Shown piece by piece: positions 43,072-51,198 of a DNA stretch of 64,000 bases. The stretch's first letter is position 1, and each line of letters starts with the position of its first letter. The notes beneath the pieces are model-generated. The model was not told the DNA's origin, did no database searches, and worked only from the letters and a program-made list of their open reading frames with translations. Source of the DNA: Candidatus Oxydemutator sp. (GTDB lineage: Bacteria > Pseudomonadota > Gammaproteobacteria > Poriferisulfidales > Oxydemutatoraceae); assembly GCA_965203445.1 (NCBI GenBank), contig OZ241883.1:1184001-1248000 (forward strand). Direction: 5' to 3'. Made by a program: the position numbers and the translations under genes.

Positions 43072-44373
43072 ATGCCGCGCCCGCGCGCCCGCGCGCCCAC
43101 GTTGCCGCCGCTCGCGCTCTACGTGCACCTGCCGTGGTGCCTGTCCAAGTGCCCGTATTGCGATTTCAATTCGCACGCGCTGCCGGGCGCGGCGCCGAAT
43201 GGCCTGGAGCGCGCGCTGCAACGGGACTACGTCAACGCGCTCATCGCCGATCTCGAAGGCGATCTTGCGTACGTTCAGGGGCGCCGTCTTGTCAGCATCT
43301 TTTTAGGCGGCGGCACACCGAACTTGTTCGACGCGGCCTCGATTGCAAAATTGTTGGATGCGATTTGCGCGCGCACGGCACCGGCACCGGCCTGCGAGAT
43401 CACGCTCGAGGCGAATCCCGGCGTCGAAGCCGCGGACTTCGCGGGTTTTCGCGCCGCCGGCGTCAACCGCCTGTCGCTCGGCGTGCAGAGTTTCGACGAC
43501 GCGACGTTGGCGAGACTGGGGCGCGCGCACAGCGGCGCCGACGCGATACGCGCGTTCGAGGCCGCGCGCCGCGCCGGTTTCGACAACGTCAATCTCGACC
43601 TGATGTTCGGCCTGCCGCGCCAGACCATCGCGCTTGGGCTGGCCGACCTGCGCCGGTGCCTGGCGCTGGCGCCCGACCACGTTTCCTATTACCAGCTGAC
43701 CATCGAACCGAACACGGTGTTCTACGCCTCGCCGCCGCCGTTGCCGGACGACGAAACCGTCTGGCGGTTGCAACAAGAGGCGGCCGCGACGCTGCGCGAA
43801 CATGGTTACCGCCGTTACGAGGTTTCGGCGTACGCGGCGACGAAGCGCTGCCGTCACAATCTGAACTACTGGCGCTTCGGCGATTACATCGGTATCGGTG
43901 CCGGTGCGCACGGCAAAGTGACGATGGCATCGTCGGCGGCGGTCGTGCGCACGCGCAAGCACCGCCGGCCGCAGCGCTACGTCGAGCAGGCGCAGGCCGG
44001 CGGGCACCGCCGCGCCGAGGAGCGCACGCTCGCGGACGATGACCTGCTGTTCGAGTTCCTGCTGAACGCGCTGCGCCTGGCCGACGGCTTCGAGGCGTCG
44101 CTGTTCCCCCGTCGCACCGGTCTCGACGGGCGATTGCTGCGCCGCCGCCTGCGCCCGCTGATGGGACGCGGCCTGATCGAGCATCGTGGTGGCAGATACG
44201 CGGCGACGCCGCGCGGTGCCCGTTTCTTGAACGACGTGCTGGAGGAGCTGCTGCCCGAAGCCGGGGGCGGACGTTCGCAATCCGTCCCGTCGTCGCCGGC
44301 CCCGTTCGCTGCGACGAAAGCGACTTATGCACACGCAACGCCGATCGCCCTGATGCGCGCTGACAGTGCATAG
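43072..44373 (+). CDS. hemW: Radical SAM heme chaperone
   Basis: YVHLPWC..KCPYCDFNS, GGGTP and HNLNYW.FGDY; rph-rdgB-hemW synteny. Confidence 0.93.
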   Translation: MPRPRARAPTLPPLALYVHLPWCLSKCPYCDFNSHALPGAAPNGLERALQRDYVNALIADLEGDLAYVQGRRLVSIFLGGGTPNLFDAASIAKLLDAICARTAPAPACEITLEANPGVEAADFAGFRAAGVNRLSLGVQSFDDATLARLGRAHSGADAIRAFEAARRAGFDNVNLDLMFGLPRQTIALGLADLRRCLALAPDHVSYYQLTIEPNTVFYASPPPLPDDETVWRLQQEAAATLREHGYRRYEVSAYAATKRCRHNLNYWRFGDYIGIGAGAHGKVTMASSAAVVRTRKHRRPQRYVEQAQAGGHRRAEERTLADDDLLFEFLLNALRLADGFEASLFPRRTGLDGRLLRRRLRPLMGRGLIEHRGGRYAATPRGARFLNDVLEELLPEAGGGRSQSVPSSPAPFAATKATYAHATPIALMRADSA

Positions 44374-44504
44374 GAAAAACCTTATGCGGCAAGCATGCTG
44401 CAAATAAATGATTGTTATATCAAACAGTTGCCGGAAAGTCAGACATTCCGTTATTTTTCGACTATGTGTTTGAAACAGATACACTTTGTGCCGCCGGGGC
44501 TGTT

Positions 44505-44525
44505 TTGTCCACAATGTTATCCACA
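44505..44525 (+). promoter_or_regulatory. Tandem DnaA-box-like motifs upstream of rpmE
   Basis: TTGTCCACA (44505) and a perfect TTATCCACA (44517). Confidence 0.45.
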
Positions 44526-44639
44526 GAAACTACAGTCCATTGCCGCATTCCCCCGTTTTGCGATATGATGCCGTTCCCCGAAGGGCTGTCCACCCGATGC
44601 GGATACGTGGAAGCGCCTGAGGAAGTACCCCGAAATACA

Positions 44640-44855
44640 ATGAAAAAGAACATACACCCCGAAATGAGAGAAGTGGAGGCGACTTGCAGTTGCGGCAACC
44701 GCCTGACGGTGCTCTCGACCTACGCTGCCGACAAGCTGTCGTTGGAGGTCTGCGCCGCCTGCCACCCGTTTTACACCGGCAAGCAGAAGATCCTCGAAAG
44801 CGCCAGGCAGGTGGACAAGTTCCGTCGCCGCTACGGCGGCAGGCGCACGCAGTAA
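44640..44855 (+). CDS. rpmE: 50S ribosomal protein L31 (Zn-binding type)
   Basis: MKKNIHP...CSCGN...CAACHPFYTGKQK. Confidence 0.96.
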   Translation: MKKNIHPEMREVEATCSCGNRLTVLSTYAADKLSLEVCAACHPFYTGKQKILESARQVDKFRRRYGGRRTQ

Positions 44856-44908
44856 TTTTCGATTTTGCGGCGCGGATGGGTGCCGCGCGCTCCACCCGGC
44901 AATCTGCA

Positions 44909-46381
44909 ATGAGCAGCAGCCCGTTGAAAACTCTGGTCGTGTTCGCCGTGACCATCGGCGCCGCCATCGTGGTTCCGGGCTGCGCGACCAATCCGGTCAG
45001 CGGCCAGTCCGAACTGGTGCTGATGAGCGAGGACGAGGAGCTGGCAATCGGGCGGCGCCTTAGCAAAGTGCTGCCGAAACAATACGGCGGCATCTACGAT
45101 GACCCCGTCCTCGCCGCCTACGTGACCGAAATCGGCGAGAGGCTTGCCGCCAAAAGCCACCGCCCCGAACTGGTCTATCACTTCGCGATACTCGATTCGC
45201 CCGTCGTCAATGCGTTCGCGTTGCCGGGCGGCTACGTCTATATCACGCGCGGGATGCTCGCGTACCTGAACTCGGAGAGCGAACTGGCCGGCGTGCTCGG
45301 CCACGAGATAGGCCACGTCACGGCGCGCCACGGCGTCGGCCAGCATACCAAGGAGACGCTGCTGTCGGTGCTGGCCGAAGCCGCGGTGCTGGCGACCAAC
45401 GCCGGTTCCGGTTGGCGCGACGCCGCCGGCTTCGTCAACGTCGCCATTGTCAGGGGCTACGGGCGCCAGGCCGAGTTGGAGGCCGACCGCCTGGGCGCGC
45501 AATACATCGCGCGCGTCGGCTACCGCCCGCAAAAAATGTTGGATCTGCTGGCGGTGCTGAAAGCCCAGGAGGAGTACGAGAAGCAGCGCGCCAAGGAGGA
45601 ACATCGCGCGCCCGTCGTCTATCACGGCGTATTCTCAACCCATCCGAAAAGCGAAGAGCGCTTGCAGGAGATCGTGCGCGAGAGCGAGAAGCTTACGAGC
45701 GCGGGGGCGATTGCCGAAGACCCCGAAGCGTTCCTGCAAAGAATGAGCGGTCTGGTGTACGGCCCGGCGGCGAAAGAGGGGGTGGTGCGCGGCGCGAAGT
45801 TCTATCACGGGCCGCTCGACGTAACGCTGTCTTATCCGCAGGGGTGGCGGATAGAGAATCGGCCGGGGAGTCTCATCGCGCGCACGCGCGACAACGGCGC
45901 GCTGATCGCGACGTCGCTGCGCGACCGCAACCGCCGGGAGAGCGCGCGCAAACATCTGGAGAGAGGCTTCCGCGGCGGCCTCAGGCGGGGCGCGCCGTTG
46001 CGCGGCAAATTGGAGGGCTACACCGCGCTCGTCGAGACGCACACCCCCTACGGGCGTGGTTCGGCGCGCGTGGCCGCGGTGATCAAGGATAAGAAAGTGT
46101 ACGAGTTTTTCGCCGCCGCCAGGGACGCCGGACGCTTCGACCGCTACGACCCGGACTTCGTGGCGACGATGGAAAGCCTGCGCGCGTTGGCGCCCGGCGA
46201 GAAAGACTTGGTCAAACCTCGCGCCATCGCCCTGGTGCGCGTTGCGCAAGGCCAGACGATAGACTACTTCGCCGCGCGCTCGGCATTGGGGCACCACGCG
46301 GCCGAACAAATCCGCCTGCTGAACGGTCTCTATCCCGACGGCGAACCGCAACCGGGGCAGTTGATAAAAGTCGTCAGATAA
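44909..46381 (+). CDS. M48 family metalloprotease lipoprotein with C-terminal LysM-like region
   Basis: Lipobox PGC-ATNPV, NAFALPGG, HEIGH, EAD and STHP. Confidence 0.9.
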   Translation: MSSSPLKTLVVFAVTIGAAIVVPGCATNPVSGQSELVLMSEDEELAIGRRLSKVLPKQYGGIYDDPVLAAYVTEIGERLAAKSHRPELVYHFAILDSPVVNAFALPGGYVYITRGMLAYLNSESELAGVLGHEIGHVTARHGVGQHTKETLLSVLAEAAVLATNAGSGWRDAAGFVNVAIVRGYGRQAELEADRLGAQYIARVGYRPQKMLDLLAVLKAQEEYEKQRAKEEHRAPVVYHGVFSTHPKSEERLQEIVRESEKLTSAGAIAEDPEAFLQRMSGLVYGPAAKEGVVRGAKFYHGPLDVTLSYPQGWRIENRPGSLIARTRDNGALIATSLRDRNRRESARKHLERGFRGGLRRGAPLRGKLEGYTALVETHTPYGRGSARVAAVIKDKKVYEFFAAARDAGRFDRYDPDFVATMESLRALAPGEKDLVKPRAIALVRVAQGQTIDYFAARSALGHHAAEQIRLLNGLYPDGEPQPGQLIKVVR

Positions 46382-46470
46382 CGCCGGCAAATGGCCGCGG
46401 GCGGCCGAGCCGGGTCGCAAACCGGTGCTTCCGTCGGCGCTCGTGAACCGCCGCCTGCCACTCGCCGTCC

Positions 46471-47397
46471 ATGACAAGTTCCGACGAACGCGACCGCCAC
46501 AATCGAGTGTACCTGGTGGACGCGAGCCTCTACGTCTTTCGCGCGTGGTTCTCGATGCCGGACACGCTGCGCGACGGCGACGGCCGCCCGGTCAACGCGG
46601 TCTATGGTTTCTACGACTTTGTGATGCGCTTCCTGCGCCGCACGATGCCGCGCCAGATAGTGTTTGCCTTCGACGAAAGTCTCGAGACTTCGCACCGCAA
46701 CGACATCTACCCGCCCTACAAAGCCAACCGCGAGCCGGCGCCGGACGAACTGAAGGCGCAGTTTCACCGCTGCCGCGGCCTGGTCGGCGCCCTCGGCATC
46801 GGCGAGGTGGCCGACCCCCGCTACGAAGCCGACGACCTGATAGGTGCGCTCGCGCAGCGGGCGCGCGAGCGCGGCGACGCCGTCGTCATCGTCAGCAGCG
46901 ACAAGGACTTGGCGCAGCTGGTGCGCGCGGGCGACACGTGGTGGGACTATCCGAAGCGCGACCAGGCCGACTGCGACGCGATCGCCGAACGCTTCGGCGT
47001 GCGCCCGGAACAGATTTCGGATTTGTTGGCGATCGCCGGCGATCCGGTGGACAACGTCCCCGGCGTGCCCGGCGTCGGCCCGGTGACGGCGGCGCGCCTG
47101 CTGCGGCATTTTGGTTCCGTCGCCGAACTGCTTGCGCGCGTGGCCGAGATAGCCGATCTGGACGTGCGCGGCGCCGGGCGCGTCGAGGGTCTGGTGCGCG
47201 AATACGCCGAGACCATCCGTCTGGCGCAGCGCCTGACCACGATAGACGGCAGCGCGCCGCTGCCGCCCGGCCTGTCCTGCGAAGTCGCGCCGGGCGACCG
47301 TGCGCGCCTTCAGGAACTATCGGACGAACTGGGCTTCGGGCGTTACCGCCGACGGCAGTGGCAGGAGTATCTCGAGGCGTCGCCGTCGCGCCGATGA
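46471..47397 (+). CDS. 5'-3' exonuclease / flap endonuclease (Xni-like)
   Basis: LVDAS.YVFRA, YKANR, EADD, SSDKD and GD.VDNVPGV.GVG. Confidence 0.92.
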   Translation: MTSSDERDRHNRVYLVDASLYVFRAWFSMPDTLRDGDGRPVNAVYGFYDFVMRFLRRTMPRQIVFAFDESLETSHRNDIYPPYKANREPAPDELKAQFHRCRGLVGALGIGEVADPRYEADDLIGALAQRARERGDAVVIVSSDKDLAQLVRAGDTWWDYPKRDQADCDAIAERFGVRPEQISDLLAIAGDPVDNVPGVPGVGPVTAARLLRHFGSVAELLARVAEIADLDVRGAGRVEGLVREYAETIRLAQRLTTIDGSAPLPPGLSCEVAPGDRARLQELSDELGFGRYRRRQWQEYLEASPSRR

Positions 47398-47461
47398 ACT
47401 CCGGCGGCACCGGCGAGAAAGCGGTTGTACGCGTGCACTGCGACGCCCTGGCACTTCTGCG

Positions 47462-48559
47462 TCATTGCCGCGCTCCCAAAGCCAGTGCCCGCGCGCGCGA
47501 CCGTTCCCGCTCTTGCGTCGCGCTTTGCGCGGCGTATGCCTCCCATCCCCCGAGGTGCCGTACGACCAGCCGCGCCAGGAAGGCGATGTGTTCGGGCGCG
47601 TCGTTCAGCGCCGGGATATAGCGCAGTTCGCCGCCGCCTTCGCGCTCGAACAGCGCGCGGTTCTGCATCGCAATTTCCTCCAGCGTCTCCAGGCAATCCA
47701 CCGCAAAGCCGGGGCAGAACACGTCCACCCGGGCGGTCTTGCGCCGCGCCAGTTCGCGCAAGGTCGCATCGGTGTAGGGTTTGAGCCATTCGGCGCGCCC
47801 GAAGCGCGACTGAAAACAAATAAGCCAGTCGTGCTCGGCCAGCGCCAGCGCCTCGGCGATCAGGCGCGCCGTCTTGTGGCACTGGCAGTGGTACGGATCG
47901 CCTTTCGACAGGTTGCGCCTCGGCAGGCCGTGGAACGACAGCAGCAGTTTGTCGCCGGCGCCGTGCTCGGCGCGAAAGGCGCGTATGCGCCGTGCGCAGG
48001 CGTCTATGTAGCCGGGGTCGTCGTGATAGGAGTTGACGAAGCGCGTCTCCGGCAGCCATCGGCGGCGACGCAAGGTGCCGGTCGCGGCGTCGAACACCGC
48101 CGCCGTCGTCGTCGCCGAGTATTGCGGGAACAGCGGAACGATCAGCAGATGGCGCGCGTTTGCGCGGCGCAATCGTTCCAGCTCGTCGGCAAGGCTTGGT
48201 TCGCCGTAGCGCATCGCGGCAACGACGTCCGCTTGCGGCCAACCCGCGTCTTGCACGCGCGTGGCCACCGCGCGCGCGAGCGCCCTCGTGTGCACCAACA
48301 GCGGCGAACCCTGCGGCGACCAGATTTTGGCGTAGGCCCGGGCCGCGCGGCGCGGGCGCAACGGCAGCACCAGCAGGCGCAACAGGAGCCACCACAACGG
48401 GCGCGGAATCTCGACGACGCGCGGGTCGGACAGAAATTCTTTCAGATAGCGGCGCACCGCGGCCGGCGTCGGCGCCTTCGGGGTGCCGAGGTTGACCAGC
48501 AATACGCCGATGCGCGCCGCGCTGCCGTGGTGGTATTCCCCGTCATTGCGGTGGTTCAT
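47462..48559 (-). CDS. hemH: Ferrochelatase
   Basis: LLVNLGTP, MRYG.PS, PLFPQYS, SFHGLP, QSRFG and DCLETLEEI. Confidence 0.97.
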   Translation of the reverse strand: MNHRNDGEYHHGSAARIGVLLVNLGTPKAPTPAAVRRYLKEFLSDPRVVEIPRPLWWLLLRLLVLPLRPRRAARAYAKIWSPQGSPLLVHTRALARAVATRVQDAGWPQADVVAAMRYGEPSLADELERLRRANARHLLIVPLFPQYSATTTAAVFDAATGTLRRRRWLPETRFVNSYHDDPGYIDACARRIRAFRAEHGAGDKLLLSFHGLPRRNLSKGDPYHCQCHKTARLIAEALALAEHDWLICFQSRFGRAEWLKPYTDATLRELARRKTARVDVFCPGFAVDCLETLEEIAMQNRALFEREGGGELRYIPALNDAPEHIAFLARLVVRHLGGWEAYAAQSATQERERSRARALALGARQ

Positions 48560-49133
48560 CTGCGGTGCGCAGCCGGCTGCGCCGAGGGAAGTGCGCCTTC
48601 AGGAACTCCATCTGGTCGGCCAGCACGGTGCGCGCCTGTAGATAGACGTATTCGGCGTGGGTCGGCACGAACGGCACCGCCAGCAGTTTCAGGCCGGCCT
48701 GTTCCGGTGTGCGCCCCGCCTTGTGGTTGTTGCAGCGCTTGCAGGCGGTTACGACGTTGCTCCACTTGTCCTCGCCGCCCTGGTGAAACGGCACGACGTG
48801 ATCGCGCGACAGATCGCGGCGTTGGAAGCGTTCGCCGCAGTACATGCACAGGAAGGCGTCGCGGCGGAACAGCGTCAGGTTGTTCAGCGGCGGCACGTAT
48901 TCCAGCCCGAGGCGCGGATTTTTGCCGTAGGTGGCGATGATCGAGTCCACGACGATCACGCTGCGCCGCCCGGACGCGGCGTTGACGCCGCCGCGAATTC
49001 TGAACAACTGCGCGCCGGCGCTGTAGGCGACCTCGCCCAGGTAGTAGAAGCGCACGGCGTCCTGGTAGCCGATCCAGTCGAGCGGCATGCCGGATACGTC
49101 CACCCGCAGGATTTTCTGGCTGAAGTTGTTCAT
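48543..49133 (-). CDS. HNH endonuclease (McrA-like, HNH_5)
   Basis: LFRRD..CMYCG...DHVVP...W.NVVTAC..CN..K. Confidence 0.9.
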   Translation of the reverse strand: MNNFSQKILRVDVSGMPLDWIGYQDAVRFYYLGEVAYSAGAQLFRIRGGVNAASGRRSVIVVDSIIATYGKNPRLGLEYVPPLNNLTLFRRDAFLCMYCGERFQRRDLSRDHVVPFHQGGEDKWSNVVTACKRCNNHKAGRTPEQAGLKLLAVPFVPTHAEYVYLQARTVLADQMEFLKAHFPRRSRLRTADEPPQ

Positions 49134-49772
49134 CGCTTCGCTGGATTTGTCGCTCGGAATGGCGCAATTCAAACGGAATTATACACAAACGCGCTACAAA
49201 TCCGGCCCATGGCTCCCTCGCCGTTGGTCGCTCCTTGCCGCACAAGCGGGAATCCGGCAAAAACCGGCGGCACTGGCGGCATCGTCGCCACTGCATTTGT
49301 AGGGGTTTTGCCGGGCGGTCGGGCGGACGCATCGGGTTGTCCTGTCAGCGGATGTATAATGTTTGGGACTTATATACAAAAATGCACCGAAAGCGCTTGA
49401 GAACCATATAAGGCAAAGGGTTTGATAGGATTGACTTTATGCGGTGCTTGCGCCCCGTGACCCGGGGGGCGTCGCCGCCATTTCAAGGGAAACGGCAGTG
49501 AACAAGCAACCGCCCGCTTTTGTTCCGCTGGTTCGGGGAATACTCCGACTGGATTCCCGCTGGCGTGGGAATGGCAGATCGGTATCTGTCTGATTTCATT
49601 CCTTTTTTCTTGGGCGTTTTTATCCTGGTTACAATGTGTCCAATCGGGCGAAACGGCGGGCGTGGTTGCCTGCGGAAGCATTAGTGACAAATTTCCCACA
49701 AATTTTTCCACAGAAATTGTGGGTAATTTTTGGGAATTATGTATCAAAATCTACAGAATGACCGTGAAGTAA

Positions 49773-49800
49773 TTGAATTTACATAGAAATATGATATAAT
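49773..49800 (+). promoter_or_regulatory. Sigma70 promoter for tnpB
   Basis: TTGAAT-N16-TATAAT with an extended TG. The ATG is only 10 nt downstream with no SD, so the mRNA is near-leaderless. Confidence 0.7.
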
Positions 49801-49810
49801 TCATTCTAAT

Positions 49811-51082
49811 ATGAAGGTATATAGGACTATCCGCTACAGGCTGCATCCGGGCACGCAAGCCAAAGCCCGCAAGTTGGCGGGTTTGGCGGGGGCGTGCAGA
49901 TTTGTGTGGAATCATTTTGTGGGGAAGTTACGGGACGAGTATCTGGCGTACGGGGGATGCCGGCCATGGTATTACACGTTAGGCAAGCAATTTACTTTGT
50001 TACGGCGTTATTGTGAATCCTGGCTACAGGAATACTCGGCGAACATAGTAAAGAGTTCTTTGAAACCCATAGAGACTGCGTACAAGAAGTTCTATGACAA
50101 GAAGGGCGGGTTGCCCAGGTTCCATGCTTATGGAATACATCAAGAGAGTTTTCCTCTTGTGCCCGGCCGGTTTCGTATAAGAAGGCGCCATCTGCATATA
50201 GAGAAGATGGGTGAGTTTCTGTTGTTTGGTCGTAATCCATATCCGGATGCAAAGCCCGCGTCGGGTACAGTCAAAAGGGAATGCGGGAATTGGTATGCGT
50301 ATGTGGTTTATGCCGTGGAACAGAAAGAGATTAAACGGGAGTACAATTCAGTGGGCATAGACAGGAATGTAGGTCAGGTAACGTGCTCTGATGGAATTGT
50401 ATATCGAATGCCTGATACTACTCGATTAGATGCGCGTAAGCGTCGCCATCAACGTATGGTGGCAAGACGTAAGTGTGGCAGTAGAAAGCACAAGGTAAAG
50501 CCTTCTAACAGGTACTTGCGGGCAAAGCATTTACATGCAGTAGTCAGTAGGAAGATAAAGCAGAAAAGGAATAATTGGTGTCATCATGTAAGTAATGAGA
50601 TAGCAGAGAATTATTCTGTAGTACATTTGGAGGATTTGAATACAAAGGGGATGACAAGGAGTGCCAAGGGCACAAAAGAAAGACTAGGTAAGAATGTAAA
50701 ACAGAAGTCTGGGTTGAATAAGGGGATACTGAATACGAACTGGTATAAGTTTGAGCAATTTTTGGGTTACAAGACCCAAGTGAATTATGTGCCCGCCAAG
50801 GACACGAGTCGTGCGTGTAACAAGTGTGGTCATACGGAAAAGAAAAACAGAGTATCGCAATCAGTATTTGTTTGTGTTGATTGTGGTCATCGGGATAATG
50901 CTGATCTTCAATCATCGTATAACATACATGAGTATGGAGATTATCTATTAGAATATAAGGCCTCCGGGAATGGGGCAACTGGACGTGGAGATGGCGGTAA
51001 GACCCTGAAGGAATTATTGACCGACAGGGCACGGTCTGTGAAGCGTCAAATGGGTACCAACAACCTACGGAATCCTCTGTAG
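49811..51082 (+). CDS. tnpB: RNA-guided endonuclease TnpB
   Basis: HTH YRLHP..GACRFVWN, RuvC-I GIDRN, RuvC-II LEDL, Zn finger CNKCGH/CVDCGH and RuvC-III NAD. Confidence 0.95.
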   Translation: MKVYRTIRYRLHPGTQAKARKLAGLAGACRFVWNHFVGKLRDEYLAYGGCRPWYYTLGKQFTLLRRYCESWLQEYSANIVKSSLKPIETAYKKFYDKKGGLPRFHAYGIHQESFPLVPGRFRIRRRHLHIEKMGEFLLFGRNPYPDAKPASGTVKRECGNWYAYVVYAVEQKEIKREYNSVGIDRNVGQVTCSDGIVYRMPDTTRLDARKRRHQRMVARRKCGSRKHKVKPSNRYLRAKHLHAVVSRKIKQKRNNWCHHVSNEIAENYSVVHLEDLNTKGMTRSAKGTKERLGKNVKQKSGLNKGILNTNWYKFEQFLGYKTQVNYVPAKDTSRACNKCGHTEKKNRVSQSVFVCVDCGHRDNADLQSSYNIHEYGDYLLEYKASGNGATGRGDGGKTLKELLTDRARSVKRQMGTNNLRNPL

Positions 51083-51198
51083 ATTTTGATACATAATTCC
51101 CTAATTTTTGCCGCACGTCGCCCGTTTGGTGTCGTTCGTCGGAAACTGCGACGACGGTGCGACTGCCACCGCCGCGGCCGAGGGCGCGCTCCCGACCA

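Larger units (their letters stand above)
49732..51101 (+). mobile_element. 1,370-bp non-autonomous element carrying only tnpB, with 26-bp perfect terminal inverted repeats and an 8-bp target duplication (IS1595/ISNwi-like ends)
   Basis: GGGAATTATGTATCAAAATCTACAGA at 49732-49757 is the exact reverse complement of 51076-51101. TAATTTTT lies at 49724-49731 and 51102-51109. The element is AT-rich compared with its flanks. Confidence 0.93.

Noticed and set aside
44400-44640. Replication origin
   Set aside because: Only two or three DnaA-like boxes, with no dnaA/gidA context and no clear unwinding element.
49732-51101. Ordinary IS200/IS605 or IS607 element, or a Cas12f CRISPR locus
   Set aside because: There is no tnpA and no array. 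The boundaries are inverted repeats with a target duplication.
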